64,000 nucleotides of DNA. It comes from Clostridiales bacterium. Lineage in GTDB: Bacteria > Bacillota > Clostridia > Oscillospirales > Oscillospiraceae. The notes under the pieces were generated by a model. That model worked only from the letters and a program-made list of their open reading frames with translations. It ran no database searches and was not told the origin of the DNA. Location of the stretch: the NCBI GenBank assembly GCA_019418625.1, contig DYBL01000010.1, positions 5,167-69,166 on the forward strand, in the 5' to 3' direction. The position numbers and the translations under genes are program-made. This document shows, piece after piece, positions 28,017 through 37,811 of the stretch. The stretch's first letter is position 1. The number at the start of each line of letters is the position of its first letter.

Positions 28017-29448
28017 ATGGCTCCGGGGCATCTTCCCTGTGGAGGGGAAGACCCAGCTTCTCCATCTTCCGATACAATGTGGAAAGGTGCAGCTCCATCC
28101 GCTTTGCCGCCTGGCGCAGATCGCCGCCGCACTCGTCCACCACGGCGGTGATGTACTGGCGCTGATATTCGTCCATGGCCTGCTGATAGGGAAGGGATGG
28201 GTCCACGGCCGGCGGGGCGGGCCGTTCCACCACCACCGTATCCACCTTGCCAAAGGACTGAAATTCAATGAGCGTGTTTTTGCTCTCCACCATCATCCGC
28301 TCCACCGTGTTGCGCAGCTCCCGGACGTTGCCCGGCCAGTCGTATTGCTCCATGACCTGGATGGTATCCGGGGCCAGCCGTTTGGTATAGCCGTATTTTT
28401 TGTTGAAGGCCTGCACGAAGTGCTCCGCCAGAGGGCGGATGTCCTCTGTGCGCTTGCGCAGAGGCGGCACGTTCACCACCAGCACGTTGAGCCGGTAGTA
28501 AAGATCAGCCCGGAAGGTCTTCTCCCGTACCATCTCTGCAAGGTCCCGGTTGGTGGCGGCAATGATGCGTACATCGCTTTTGATGATCTGGTTGCTGCCC
28601 AGCCGCTTGATCTCGCCGTTTTCAATGATCCGCAGCAGCTTGGCCTGCAGCTCCAGCGGCATCTCGCCGATCTCGTCGAGAAACACGGTGCCCTTGTTGG
28701 CAAACTCAAAAAGGCCGATCTTGCCGTCCTTCATGCCGCCGGTGAACGTGCCCTTTTCGTAGCCGAACATCTCCGCTTCCAGCAGGGAGGGAGGCAGAGA
28801 AGCGCAGTTGATGGGGATGAACACCTGATCGGCCCGGCCGCTTTTGGCGTGGATGTACTTGGCGAACATCTCCTTGCCGGAGCCGGACTCCCCGTAAATG
28901 ATGACGGTGGAATCCACGGCGGCGATGTGGTCGGCGTATTCCAGCAGGCTGCGCATGGGCTGGCTCTCCGCAATGAGCATGTCCGGGGTTTTGTCCGTGC
29001 CCTGCATGAAGCGGATGACGCTGCGGATATTGTCCCGCTCCTGATCGAACTTTTCCAAAAGCGTGTAGAGCTCCCGCTCGTCCCAGCTGTAAGTGGGGAC
29101 GTATTCCAGCTCCCCGTCCGGCCCGAAATGGGGGCGGGAGAGGGCCAGCACCCGCTTGCCGGAGTCCTGGAGCGTATGGTTGCTCAAACACTCCTTCTTC
29201 GTCTCCAGGGTCTTGATGGACGAGGCGCTGGTGGCGTGACAGTAGTTGTGGAGCGTGTCGTAAATAGAGATGCTTAAAAGGGTCTGGCGGTCAATGCCCA
29301 GCAGGCGGCAGCAGCCGTCGTTCACATAGAGAAAGCGGCCCTTGCTGTCCGTGATCAGCATACTGCCGAAGTAATGCTCCGCCAGCACCTTCAATAGCTC
29401 ATATTCCCGCTGGGCGGCGGGGTCGGTGGCGAGATTTGGAAATTCCAT
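28015..29448 (-). CDS. Sigma54-dependent transcriptional activator (PAS-AAA+-Fis HTH)
   Basis: GESGSGKE, INCA, GTFTGG (GAFTGA-like), FLDEIGE, FRADLYYRL, WPGNVREL, C-terminal HTH STLYRK. Confidence 0.95.
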   Translation of the reverse strand: MEFPNLATDPAAQREYELLKVLAEHYFGSMLITDSKGRFLYVNDGCCRLLGIDRQTLLSISIYDTLHNYCHATSASSIKTLETKKECLSNHTLQDSGKRVLALSRPHFGPDGELEYVPTYSWDERELYTLLEKFDQERDNIRSVIRFMQGTDKTPDMLIAESQPMRSLLEYADHIAAVDSTVIIYGESGSGKEMFAKYIHAKSGRADQVFIPINCASLPPSLLEAEMFGYEKGTFTGGMKDGKIGLFEFANKGTVFLDEIGEMPLELQAKLLRIIENGEIKRLGSNQIIKSDVRIIAATNRDLAEMVREKTFRADLYYRLNVLVVNVPPLRKRTEDIRPLAEHFVQAFNKKYGYTKRLAPDTIQVMEQYDWPGNVRELRNTVERMMVESKNTLIEFQSFGKVDTVVVERPAPPAVDPSLPYQQAMDEYQRQYITAVVDECGGDLRQAAKRMELHLSTLYRKMEKLGLPLHREDAPEP

Positions 29449-29490
29449 GACGTCTCCTTTTTCGCGTTTCGTCAAAAATGCGAAATTACG

Positions 29491-29607
29491 TTTTGCAAAA
29501 ATGCAAAAAAATGAAGCAAATTTACTTTAATATACCATGAGAGCGCACAAAATTGCAAGAACCATTTGTGTAATATCTACAATTCCCTAGTTGGCACAAA
29601 AATTGCT
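29491..29607 (+). promoter_or_regulatory. Sigma54 promoter with a candidate upstream activator site
   Basis: TGGCACAAAAATTGC (-24/-12) at 29592-29606; palindrome TTTTGCA-AAAA-TGCAAAA at 29491-29508. Confidence 0.8.
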
Positions 29608-29669
29608 ATTTATTATGGGCGTCAACACAAGGCCGCAGGAGCGGCAGAGCAACAAGGAGGGCAAGAATT

Positions 29670-30029
29670 ATGGAAGAAAAACGCAGCACGGCCCCGATGG
29701 ACCTGGAGTCCACGGACTATGACGTGGAGCGGGTGGGAGATCTGGACCCCCGGCTGGAGGCCGGAAAAAAGGACGCCGTCTTTTTCCACGCGCTGGGCAT
29801 CACCTGCACGGTGATCGCCACCATCTGGATGTACGCTTTCGGTACCGGCGACCCGGCGGAGATGAAGTATCTGCTGGGGATGCCCATGTGGGTGTCCGGC
29901 GCCATTTTGATCTACCTGGCCATGTTCGTGGCAGGCATGATCTACCTGGCCAAGTGGGAGGAATTCCCCCTGACGGCCCGCTTCAAGAAAAACCGGTCTG
30001 ACAAGAACAAGGGAGGAAACAAGGCATGA
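29670..30029 (+). CDS. Small 2-TM membrane protein, YhdT/DUF997-like symporter accessory
   Basis: DPRL...W...LLGMPMW pattern; overlaps the start of the SSS symporter, as in yhdT-panF. Confidence 0.7.
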   Translation: MEEKRSTAPMDLESTDYDVERVGDLDPRLEAGKKDAVFFHALGITCTVIATIWMYAFGTGDPAEMKYLLGMPMWVSGAILIYLAMFVAGMIYLAKWEEFPLTARFKKNRSDKNKGGNKA

Positions 30030-31609
30030 GCTACGATCTGGGTGGATTTTCTATCACCGCGTCCACGTCCCGGACGATGCTGGTGATCTTCGCCATTTAC
30101 ACGGTGGTCATCGTGGGCTTCGGCTTCTATATCAAGTATCAGTCCCGGAAGGGCAGCCAGGACGGTCTGGCCTCCTTCCTCACCGGCGGCGGCGGACTGG
30201 GCGCCTTTGCCATCGCCATGATCGCCGCCACCAACTCCATGGCCGGCGGCACCATGATCACAGCCCCGGGCCTGGGCTATAAGGTGGGCTTCACCGCCGC
30301 CCTGGTCTATTACGCAGGCTTTCTCACCGCCGCCTACGGCCTTGGCAGCGTGGGCCGCAAGGTGGCCATCCTCCGTGACCGCACCGGCGCCGTCACGTTC
30401 CAGCAGCTGCTGGGCCTGCGGTTCCAGTCCAAGGCCGTGGTGGCCGCTCTGGCCATTACCGGTGCCTTCGGCCTGACCTTCTTCGCAGCCGGCCAGATCT
30501 CCGCCGGCGCCAAGGTGTTCGCTGCTGTCACCGGCACCAACGCCTATTATCTGGGCATCGTGCTGGTCATCGTCATTACCGTCATCTACACGCTCTCCGG
30601 CGGCATCAAGTCCATGGCCAAGGTGGCCGTCATTCAGGGCGTCATCATGCTGCTGGCCACCTTCGCCATCATCGGCGTGCTCATTGCCACCAATGTGGAA
30701 AACCACGGCAGCGTTCAGGCCACCATGGAGTACCTGGGCTCCGCCTTCCCCGGCGCCATCCAGGCCAACACGGGCTTCAGCTTCTGGAACGCCATGGGTA
30801 CCGCCCTGTTTGCCGGCGTTGGCCTGGGCGCGGTGCCTCACGCCCTGTCCGTCACCATGACCTACAACAACCACAAAAAGCTCAAGCAGGGCGTCATGAT
30901 CTCCTGCTGCGTGTTCACCCTGGTCCAGGGCATCATGTGCTTCACCGGCCCCCTGACCTATGCCATCAACCCCAATCTCCAGACCGCTGACTACACCACC
31001 ATCTTCAACGCCACCAACCTGCTGCCCTCCTGGGTGGGCGGTATCATCTTCTGCGGCATCTTCGCCGCCGTGCAGTCCTCTCTGGCGGGCCTGGCCATGG
31101 AGGGCGCGTCCATGCTGGCCAAGGACTTCATCGTGGACTGCTGGAAGCCTGCTACTCCCGCCAAGACCCAGAGCCGCATCAACACCGCCTGCGTGCTGGC
31201 CATCGCGCTGATCGCCACGCTCATCGCCCTCAAGCCCTCTGAGCTGACCCAGTACATCATCAACTTCGCACTGGCGGCCCTGGGCGCTGCCTGGTACTTC
31301 CCCGTGCTGGTGGGCATGTACTGGAAGAAGGCTACCGCCAAGGGAATGGTAGCGTCCATTGTGGGCGGCTTCGCCTCCTATGTGGTGTTCTACTTCCTCT
31401 CCAGCGTCATTCCCACCACCAAGGCCTGGTGGGCTGCCTCCCTGGGCGGTGTGCACGCCTTCCTGCCCGCGTGGATCGTCTCTTTGGTGCTGCTGGTGGC
31501 AGTGAGCAAGGCCACCCAGAACCAGCGGATCAAGCTGGGATATTTCCAGGTGTTCTTCTGCGCCGATTATGACGAGAAGTATGCCAAGGTCGATACGCTC
31601 AAGGATTAA
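30026..31609 (+). CDS. Sodium:solute symporter (PanF-like)
   Basis: About 13 TM segments; IYTLSGGIKS, GIFAAVQSS, LVGMYWKKATAKG SSS-family motifs. Confidence 0.88.
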   Translation: MSYDLGGFSITASTSRTMLVIFAIYTVVIVGFGFYIKYQSRKGSQDGLASFLTGGGGLGAFAIAMIAATNSMAGGTMITAPGLGYKVGFTAALVYYAGFLTAAYGLGSVGRKVAILRDRTGAVTFQQLLGLRFQSKAVVAALAITGAFGLTFFAAGQISAGAKVFAAVTGTNAYYLGIVLVIVITVIYTLSGGIKSMAKVAVIQGVIMLLATFAIIGVLIATNVENHGSVQATMEYLGSAFPGAIQANTGFSFWNAMGTALFAGVGLGAVPHALSVTMTYNNHKKLKQGVMISCCVFTLVQGIMCFTGPLTYAINPNLQTADYTTIFNATNLLPSWVGGIIFCGIFAAVQSSLAGLAMEGASMLAKDFIVDCWKPATPAKTQSRINTACVLAIALIATLIALKPSELTQYIINFALAALGAAWYFPVLVGMYWKKATAKGMVASIVGGFASYVVFYFLSSVIPTTKAWWAASLGGVHAFLPAWIVSLVLLVAVSKATQNQRIKLGYFQVFFCADYDEKYAKVDTLKD

Positions 31610-31628
31610 GCGAAAGAAGGAACGAATC

Positions 31629-32471
31629 ATGATCAAAAGCAGGGACAATTTCTTCCAGGTCAGCGACGGCGCCTGGATCTATTTTGAGGACTACGGCAAG
31701 GACAACGGCGACCCCATCGTCATCCTTCACGGCTATCTGTGCTCTTCCAAGTTCTTCTATAAAAATATCGAGGGGCTCTCCGCCGATCACCGGCTGGTGC
31801 TGGTGGACTGGCGGGGCCACGGCTCCTCCTCCAAGACCCTCCAGAACCTGACCATGGAGCGCTGCGCGCAGGATATCCATGAGCTTATTGAGCACCTGGG
31901 CCTGGAGAACGTGACGCTCCTGGGCTGGTCCATGGGCTCCAGCGTGGTCATGGAGTACTATGAGCAGTTCGGTGCGGACCATCTCAAAAAGATCGGCGTC
32001 ATCGACAGCGCCCTGTACCCCTTCTCCCCGGAGAGCTGGAACAGCCACTCCCTGGCAGGCTTCAACATGGACGGCATGACCGCCACCCTGGAAAACGCCA
32101 TGGTCAACCACGACGCCTACACCCGGGCCTTTACCCGCATCTGCTTCCACGAGCCCCCCTGCAAGGAAGACGAGGACTGGGTCAGCACGGAGATGAAGAA
32201 ACTGCCTGTGTACATTGCCTTCGCCCTGTACAATGATTTCCTCTTCAAGGACTACACCCCCACCCTCAAAAAGATCACCATTCCCCTGATGATCTGCTGC
32301 GCGGACAGCGGCGCCATTCCCCGCGGCATCGCCATGGGCCGGCACTATCGGGACCTGGTGGAGGGCAAGTGCTTCTTCCACGAGTTTTTGAATCTGGGCC
32401 ATGTGATGTTCCTGGAGGACCCGGAGCAGTTCAACCGCACGGTGCTGGAGTTTGTGGAGCAGTACGCCTGA
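31629..32471 (+). CDS. Alpha/beta hydrolase (non-heme haloperoxidase/esterase-like)
   Basis: ILHGY, DWRGHGSS, nucleophile GWSMG, catalytic GH in LGHVMFLEDP. Confidence 0.88.
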   Translation: MIKSRDNFFQVSDGAWIYFEDYGKDNGDPIVILHGYLCSSKFFYKNIEGLSADHRLVLVDWRGHGSSSKTLQNLTMERCAQDIHELIEHLGLENVTLLGWSMGSSVVMEYYEQFGADHLKKIGVIDSALYPFSPESWNSHSLAGFNMDGMTATLENAMVNHDAYTRAFTRICFHEPPCKEDEDWVSTEMKKLPVYIAFALYNDFLFKDYTPTLKKITIPLMICCADSGAIPRGIAMGRHYRDLVEGKCFFHEFLNLGHVMFLEDPEQFNRTVLEFVEQYA

Positions 32472-32613
32472 GTGCTGGTTTACCCATTTGTTTTCCCCTC
32501 ATTTCCCCTCTTGAAAGCGCCCTGCTCCGGTAAGGAGCAGGGCGCTTTCGCAAAAAAGCAGCGGTCGGAGATAAGCTCCGGCCGCTGCTTTTGATTTGGA
32601 ATATACGGTTTGT

Positions 32614-34746
32614 TCACACCTGCTCTTTGTTCTTCCAGGGCCGACGGGGCGCGGTGCGCTGGGGCGGCATGGTGCGCCAGTGGAGGCTGGTTTTGTTGAA
32701 GAGCGGCTCGCACACCAGCAAAATGGCGGGCATGAGGAAGATACTCGCCAGGGCGGAGATGCAGGCGCCCCGGGCCAGCATGATGCAGATGGCGCCGATC
32801 AGGTCGATGGACGAGACAAAGGACACGCCCAGCGTGGCGCAGAAGAGCACCAGGGCGCTGGTGATGATGGAGGCGTCGGAGGCGTCCGCGGCAATGGAGA
32901 TGGCCTCTTTGGCCGTTTTGCCGGTGCGCAGCTCCTCCTGGAACCGGGAGGTCATCAAAATGGCGTAGTCCACGGTGGCGCCCAGCTGTACGCAGCTGAT
33001 GATGGTGGGGGCGATGAAGGGGATCTGAGCGCCGGTGAAGTAGGAGCAGCCCTGGTTTAAGAAGATGGCCAGCTCAATGGTGGCCACCAGCACTGCCGGT
33101 ACCGTCAGCGAGCGGAACACCACTGCGATGATGAGGAAAATGGCAGCGATGGAGATGTAGCTGGTGACGTTGAAGTCCACGGCGGCAGTCTCAATCAGGT
33201 CCCGGTACATGGCGCCCTCGCCGGTGATCATGGCGTCGGGGTCGTAGTCATGGAGGATAGCGTGCATTTCGTCCAGCTGTGCGGACACCTGGTCCGTGGC
33301 AGGCTCATAGGAGGAGTTGACCATCATCAGCTGCCAGCCGTCCTGGCGGAGCATCTGGCGCAGCTCCTCGGGAACGAAGAAGTCCGGGATACCGGTGCCC
33401 AGCATGGCGTGATAGGAAAGCACGGAGGTGACACCGTCCAGGTTTTCCATCCGCTCTTCGATCTCACGCATCTGCGTGGCAGTCAGATCGTCCCGCAGCA
33501 CGATGAAGTGGGAGGTGGCCATGTCGAAGTCCTCTTTGAGCTTTTCATTGCTGACGATGGAGGGCAGGTCCCGGGGCAAAGACTCATCCAGTTTGTAGTA
33601 GATATCCGCATGGCTCTGGGCGTAGTAGGCGGGCAGCACCAGCAGAAGCGTCAGCACCACCAGGGCCCGCCGGTGCCGCACCACGAAGCCGTTAAGCCCG
33701 TGGAAGCTGGGGAGCAGGGCCCTGTGCTTATGGCGGTCGATCTGCTTGTCAAAGAGCAGCACCAGGCTGGGCAGCACCAGAATCACCGTGGCTACGCCCA
33801 GCACCACGCCCTTGGCCATGACGATGCCGATGTCCCGGCCCAGAGTCAGACGCATGAAGCAAAGAGCCAGGAAGCCGGCGATGGTGGTCAGGCTGGAGCC
33901 GGACAGGGAGCGGAACGCGGCACAGATGGCCTGGGCCATGGCGTCCCGTTTGTCATCGTAGTTGGACCGCTCCTCCTCATAGCGGCGGTAGAGGAAGATG
34001 GAGTAGTCCATGGTGACGCCCAGCTGCAGTACCGCGGCGATGGCCTTGGTAATGTAGGAGATCTCGCCTAAGAAGAAGTTGGTGCCGAAATTGTAGATGA
34101 CGGCGATGCCGATGCTGGCCAGGAACACGAAGGGCAGCACCGTGGACTCCAGTGTGACGGCCATGGCGGCCAGGGCCAGCAAAATGGCCAGCCCCACAAA
34201 GAGGGGCAGCTCGCTGTCCATCACATCCCGGGTGTCCTTGATGACCACGGAGAAGCCCGCCAGGAAGCACGCCTCGTTGCACAGGCTGCGGATCTGGGCG
34301 ATGGCGTCCATAGTCTCGTCCGAGGCGCCGGGGTGGTCGTACTGGATGATGATCATGGTGGCGTCCCCGGAGAAGAACAGGTCCCGGAAGGCGGCGGGGA
34401 TCATGTCGGCGGGGATCTGCAGTCCCACCAGGTTGCTCAGCCACACGGCGTTGGACACGCCGGGCACCTCCTGGATGCTGCGCACCAGGTCGTTGGTGTA
34501 GCCGGCGGGCATGCCGTCCACGATGAGCATGCTGGTGGCGGCCATCTGGAAGGGGTCTTCCAGCAGCTGCTCTCCCTGGGAGGAGGGCAGGTCCTGGGGA
34601 AGGTAGGAGAGGATATCGTAGTTGATGCGGGTGGCGGCATAGCCGATGATGGACGGAATGAGCATCACCAGGGCGATGATCGCCACCAGCTTGGGCCTGC
34701 GGGTGAGGCCATGGGCAATTTTTTCAATCAAGTGATCCACCTGCAC
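32614..34746 (-). CDS. MMPL/RND-family transporter
   Basis: Two repeats: LQLGVTMDYSIFL and VQLGATVDYAILM; INYDILSYLP. Confidence 0.9.
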   Translation of the reverse strand: MQVDHLIEKIAHGLTRRPKLVAIIALVMLIPSIIGYAATRINYDILSYLPQDLPSSQGEQLLEDPFQMAATSMLIVDGMPAGYTNDLVRSIQEVPGVSNAVWLSNLVGLQIPADMIPAAFRDLFFSGDATMIIIQYDHPGASDETMDAIAQIRSLCNEACFLAGFSVVIKDTRDVMDSELPLFVGLAILLALAAMAVTLESTVLPFVFLASIGIAVIYNFGTNFFLGEISYITKAIAAVLQLGVTMDYSIFLYRRYEEERSNYDDKRDAMAQAICAAFRSLSGSSLTTIAGFLALCFMRLTLGRDIGIVMAKGVVLGVATVILVLPSLVLLFDKQIDRHKHRALLPSFHGLNGFVVRHRRALVVLTLLLVLPAYYAQSHADIYYKLDESLPRDLPSIVSNEKLKEDFDMATSHFIVLRDDLTATQMREIEERMENLDGVTSVLSYHAMLGTGIPDFFVPEELRQMLRQDGWQLMMVNSSYEPATDQVSAQLDEMHAILHDYDPDAMITGEGAMYRDLIETAAVDFNVTSYISIAAIFLIIAVVFRSLTVPAVLVATIELAIFLNQGCSYFTGAQIPFIAPTIISCVQLGATVDYAILMTSRFQEELRTGKTAKEAISIAADASDASIITSALVLFCATLGVSFVSSIDLIGAICIMLARGACISALASIFLMPAILLVCEPLFNKTSLHWRTMPPQRTAPRRPWKNKEQV

Positions 34747-34755
34747 TTTCCAAGG

Positions 34756-37035
34756 TCAGGAAAAGATCCCGGTCACGGCGTTCCAGAAGTCCCGGAACAT
34801 CTGGGCCACGCGGCCCCAGAAGGTGGACTTGGGCGCTTCCTGGGCGGCCTCAGGAGCGGCTTCGTCTTCGGACTCCTTGATCTCCTGGGTGCGGATGAGC
34901 ACCTGGATGCTCTGGGGGGCCGGGTTCTCCGACGAGGTCAGAGAAACGGCCTGGGCGGTGGAGTCCATATTCAGAAGGTTATCCATCTGGCCCGTGTGCT
35001 CGTTCCAGGTATCTTCAATGATGGAGCTGATGTCATTTTTGGCGGCCTTTACATCAGAGGTGGTGGAAAGGCTCCTGGCTGCCTGCCGCAGCGAGGCGGC
35101 AAGGCCGGAAAGGGTCTTTTGGGTGCCGCTGTCCAGCTGGGTGCCGGCGGTTTTCGTCACTGTCTCCAGGTCCGTCAGGAAGGTGTGCAGATCCCGGGTG
35201 CCGGTGACGGCGGCCTCCGTTAAAGCCTTGGCGTCCGTGAGGGCCTGCTGGGCCTGGGGGATGTACTCGTCCACGGTCTTGTTGAGCTTTTCCGTCTCGT
35301 CCAGGACCTCCTGGAGCTTTTTGGCCGCGGTCTGGGCCACGCTCCCTGCGTCGCGCAGGTGGTCGGTCGCATCATCCGCCTTTTTCAAAAGGTCGGACAG
35401 CGTGCCGCTGAGGCCATCCTCACCCAGTGCGTCACAAAGGTCCTCCAGATGCCCCAGCAGGGTGCTGGCAGCGGGGCCCACGGACTCGGCCAGATCCTTC
35501 ATCTGGTCCACGGAGATGCCGAAGCCCGAGAGCAGCTGGTTGACGGCGTCTGCCTGGTCCAGCGTTTCCTCGTATTCGCCGGTCTTGGAAAATGCCCACA
35601 GCTGATACTGCTCCGGAGAGAGGCCGGCTTTCCAAAGCTCCTGGAACTCCGCCTCAGAGGGCTCCAGCCCGGCCTCTGTCATCTGGGCAACATAGGCCTC
35701 GTACTGGGCGACATAGGCTGCGTCCAGCTTTTTGACGGCGGAGCGGATCTCGTCCACGGTCATGCCGTTTACGGTCACCTCGGACCCGCCGGAGAGGGAG
35801 GGTGCCTGCTTGCGCAGGGCGTCCACCGCGCTTTGGCCGCTGCCCGCCAGCTTTTCCAGCCGCTCCAGCACCTTGCCCAGGTCACTGAGGTCGCTGCGCA
35901 GAGCGGAGGCGCTGCCCTTGCCGGACTGCAGGTCGGCAAGGTCCTCGTCCAGATCGTCCAGCACGTCCCGCAGGTCGCCCAGCTGGGTCCGGAGGCTCAC
36001 GGCGGTGGTGCACAGGCTGTTGATCTGTGTTTGGATATCCGTCAGGGCCTGGGAGGCCGTGTCCAGATGACCGGCCAGCGGCTCCAGGGTGTCGGCAAGG
36101 GCAGCCAGATCGCCCAGCGCCACGTCCGCCTCGGCGTAGAGCTGGTCCTTGCTCTGGGAGACGGTGCCCCGGGCCTCATTGAGCTGATCCAGGCCGTCAG
36201 CGGTGGCATTGAGGCTGCTCTGCATGCCATTGAAAGCGTCCAGCAGCGTGTCAAGGCTGCCGGAGAGCTTGTCATAGTCATCTTCCAGCTGCTCCTTGCG
36301 CTCGGAGAGCTTGGCGATCTCGTCCAGCTGGCTGAGGGTGGCGGGCACCATCAAAAACGTCATGCCGTCAAAGGTGAAATCGTCGCTGCCCACCCGGATG
36401 GTGAAGTGCTGTTCTTCGCCAGGAAGAGCCAGAAACAGCACTGTGCGCAGGTTGCCGATCAGCTGCACCTGGGCGCCCGGTGCCTCCAGAGACAAAATGT
36501 CATCTTGGTTGAACAGCGCCATGGCTTCCAGCGTGTAGTTGTTGCGGGCGTACTCGCTGGCATTCGGGTTGGGGATGGCGTCCACGGTGATCTCCACCAC
36601 GCCGGTTTTGCCGGCCAGGTCCTCCGCTTTGGTGGGGACGCCGTTCAAGGTATAGTGAATGGAAAGCGTCCAGGGCAGCGCTTCAAAGGGGGCTGCGGTT
36701 TTTCCCTCAAAATAGAAGTGGGAGGGGGCATCGTTCCCAAAATCGAAGGTGACGGTCCCGTCCCGCTGCGCGGGCTCCGTGCCGTCGGTCAGGTTGTTGA
36801 CGGCATCGTAGACGCCGTGGTCCTCCAGCGTGGTGGCGCCGTTGAGGGTATAGCTTTTGACCACGCTGCCCTCTGTCAGATTTCCGTAGTAATCCAGCGT
36901 GGCGTAGTAGGCTTCGTCGCAGACCGGCGCCACGCCGTCCCCGATGGGTTCCGCGGCCAGGGCGGAGGGGACCAGCAGCGCCGCTGCGGTGGCGGCTGCC
37001 AGAGCGCGGCGGCCGGCGGCAGAAAAACGGTACAT
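34756..37035 (-). CDS. Secreted coiled-coil protein (YhgE/Pip-like), probable MMPL partner
   Basis: Signal peptide MYRFSAAGRRALAAA; IHYTLNG...EDLAGKTG motif; long heptad region; immediately upstream of the MMPL gene. Confidence 0.7.
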   Translation of the reverse strand: MYRFSAAGRRALAAATAAALLVPSALAAEPIGDGVAPVCDEAYYATLDYYGNLTEGSVVKSYTLNGATTLEDHGVYDAVNNLTDGTEPAQRDGTVTFDFGNDAPSHFYFEGKTAAPFEALPWTLSIHYTLNGVPTKAEDLAGKTGVVEITVDAIPNPNASEYARNNYTLEAMALFNQDDILSLEAPGAQVQLIGNLRTVLFLALPGEEQHFTIRVGSDDFTFDGMTFLMVPATLSQLDEIAKLSERKEQLEDDYDKLSGSLDTLLDAFNGMQSSLNATADGLDQLNEARGTVSQSKDQLYAEADVALGDLAALADTLEPLAGHLDTASQALTDIQTQINSLCTTAVSLRTQLGDLRDVLDDLDEDLADLQSGKGSASALRSDLSDLGKVLERLEKLAGSGQSAVDALRKQAPSLSGGSEVTVNGMTVDEIRSAVKKLDAAYVAQYEAYVAQMTEAGLEPSEAEFQELWKAGLSPEQYQLWAFSKTGEYEETLDQADAVNQLLSGFGISVDQMKDLAESVGPAASTLLGHLEDLCDALGEDGLSGTLSDLLKKADDATDHLRDAGSVAQTAAKKLQEVLDETEKLNKTVDEYIPQAQQALTDAKALTEAAVTGTRDLHTFLTDLETVTKTAGTQLDSGTQKTLSGLAASLRQAARSLSTTSDVKAAKNDISSIIEDTWNEHTGQMDNLLNMDSTAQAVSLTSSENPAPQSIQVLIRTQEIKESEDEAAPEAAQEAPKSTFWGRVAQMFRDFWNAVTGIFS

Positions 37036-37055
37036 GAGGATGCTCCTTTCGATTA

Positions 37056-37155
37056 TCAACAAATGTTGAATAATAAAATATTGTTGATTTATTTTGCAGG
37101 GGAGATTATAATACTGCGCAAAGGGAAATGCAATGGACACATTGGCCCAAGTGTC
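37056..37155. promoter_or_regulatory. Candidate TetR operators in a divergent promoter region
   Basis: TCAACA-AA-TGTTGA (37056-37069) and GACACATTGG-CCCAAGTGTC (37136-37155) inverted repeats. Confidence 0.5.
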
Positions 37156-37171
37156 AAGAGGAGGATACGTC

Positions 37172-37765
37172 ATGAAAAACGAAGCGGAGGACCGCCGCTC
37201 CCGCCGCTCCCGGCGCTTATTGAAGGAAGGACTGCTGGCGCTCATGCAGGAAAAACGGTTTTCAGACATCACCGTGCGGGACATCACGGAGCGCATGGAC
37301 CTGAACCGGGGCACCTTTTACCTGCACTACCCGGACACCACTGCGCTGCTGCAAAGCGTGGAGACGGATATGCTGGCCGAGGCCCAGGCGCTCATCGACG
37401 CCCACATGGCACAGACCAGGGAAGAGCGGACGCTGCGCCCGGTATTTGAGCCGATCCTGGACTATGTGGTGGAGCATCGGGAGGTGTGTCAGGCACTGTT
37501 TGTGAACAACTCCTCCAGCAACTTCACCGACCGGCTCCACCAGCTGATCCGCACCAACGGACTGCCGCTGGCCCAGGCGTGGTTCCACCCATCCTCCCCA
37601 GAGCGGATGGAGTATCTTTTGAGCTTTGTGACCTATGGCCTCATCGGATTGATGAAGATCTGGTTCGACCAGGGAATGGCCTTGCCCAAGGAGACGCTGG
37701 TCTCCGCCGCCGACCGGATGGTCCAGGGGGCGGGCGAGGGGCTTTTGGAGACAAGCACCACCTGA
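37172..37765 (+). CDS. TetR/AcrR-family regulator
   Basis: DRRSRRSRRLL...ITVRDITERMDLNRGTFYLHY HTH. Confidence 0.93.
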   Translation: MKNEAEDRRSRRSRRLLKEGLLALMQEKRFSDITVRDITERMDLNRGTFYLHYPDTTALLQSVETDMLAEAQALIDAHMAQTREERTLRPVFEPILDYVVEHREVCQALFVNNSSSNFTDRLHQLIRTNGLPLAQAWFHPSSPERMEYLLSFVTYGLIGLMKIWFDQGMALPKETLVSAADRMVQGAGEGLLETSTT

Positions 37766-37811
37766 AAAACAAGAAGGCGCCCGGCTGATGCCGGGCGCCT
37801 TCCTGTTCGAT

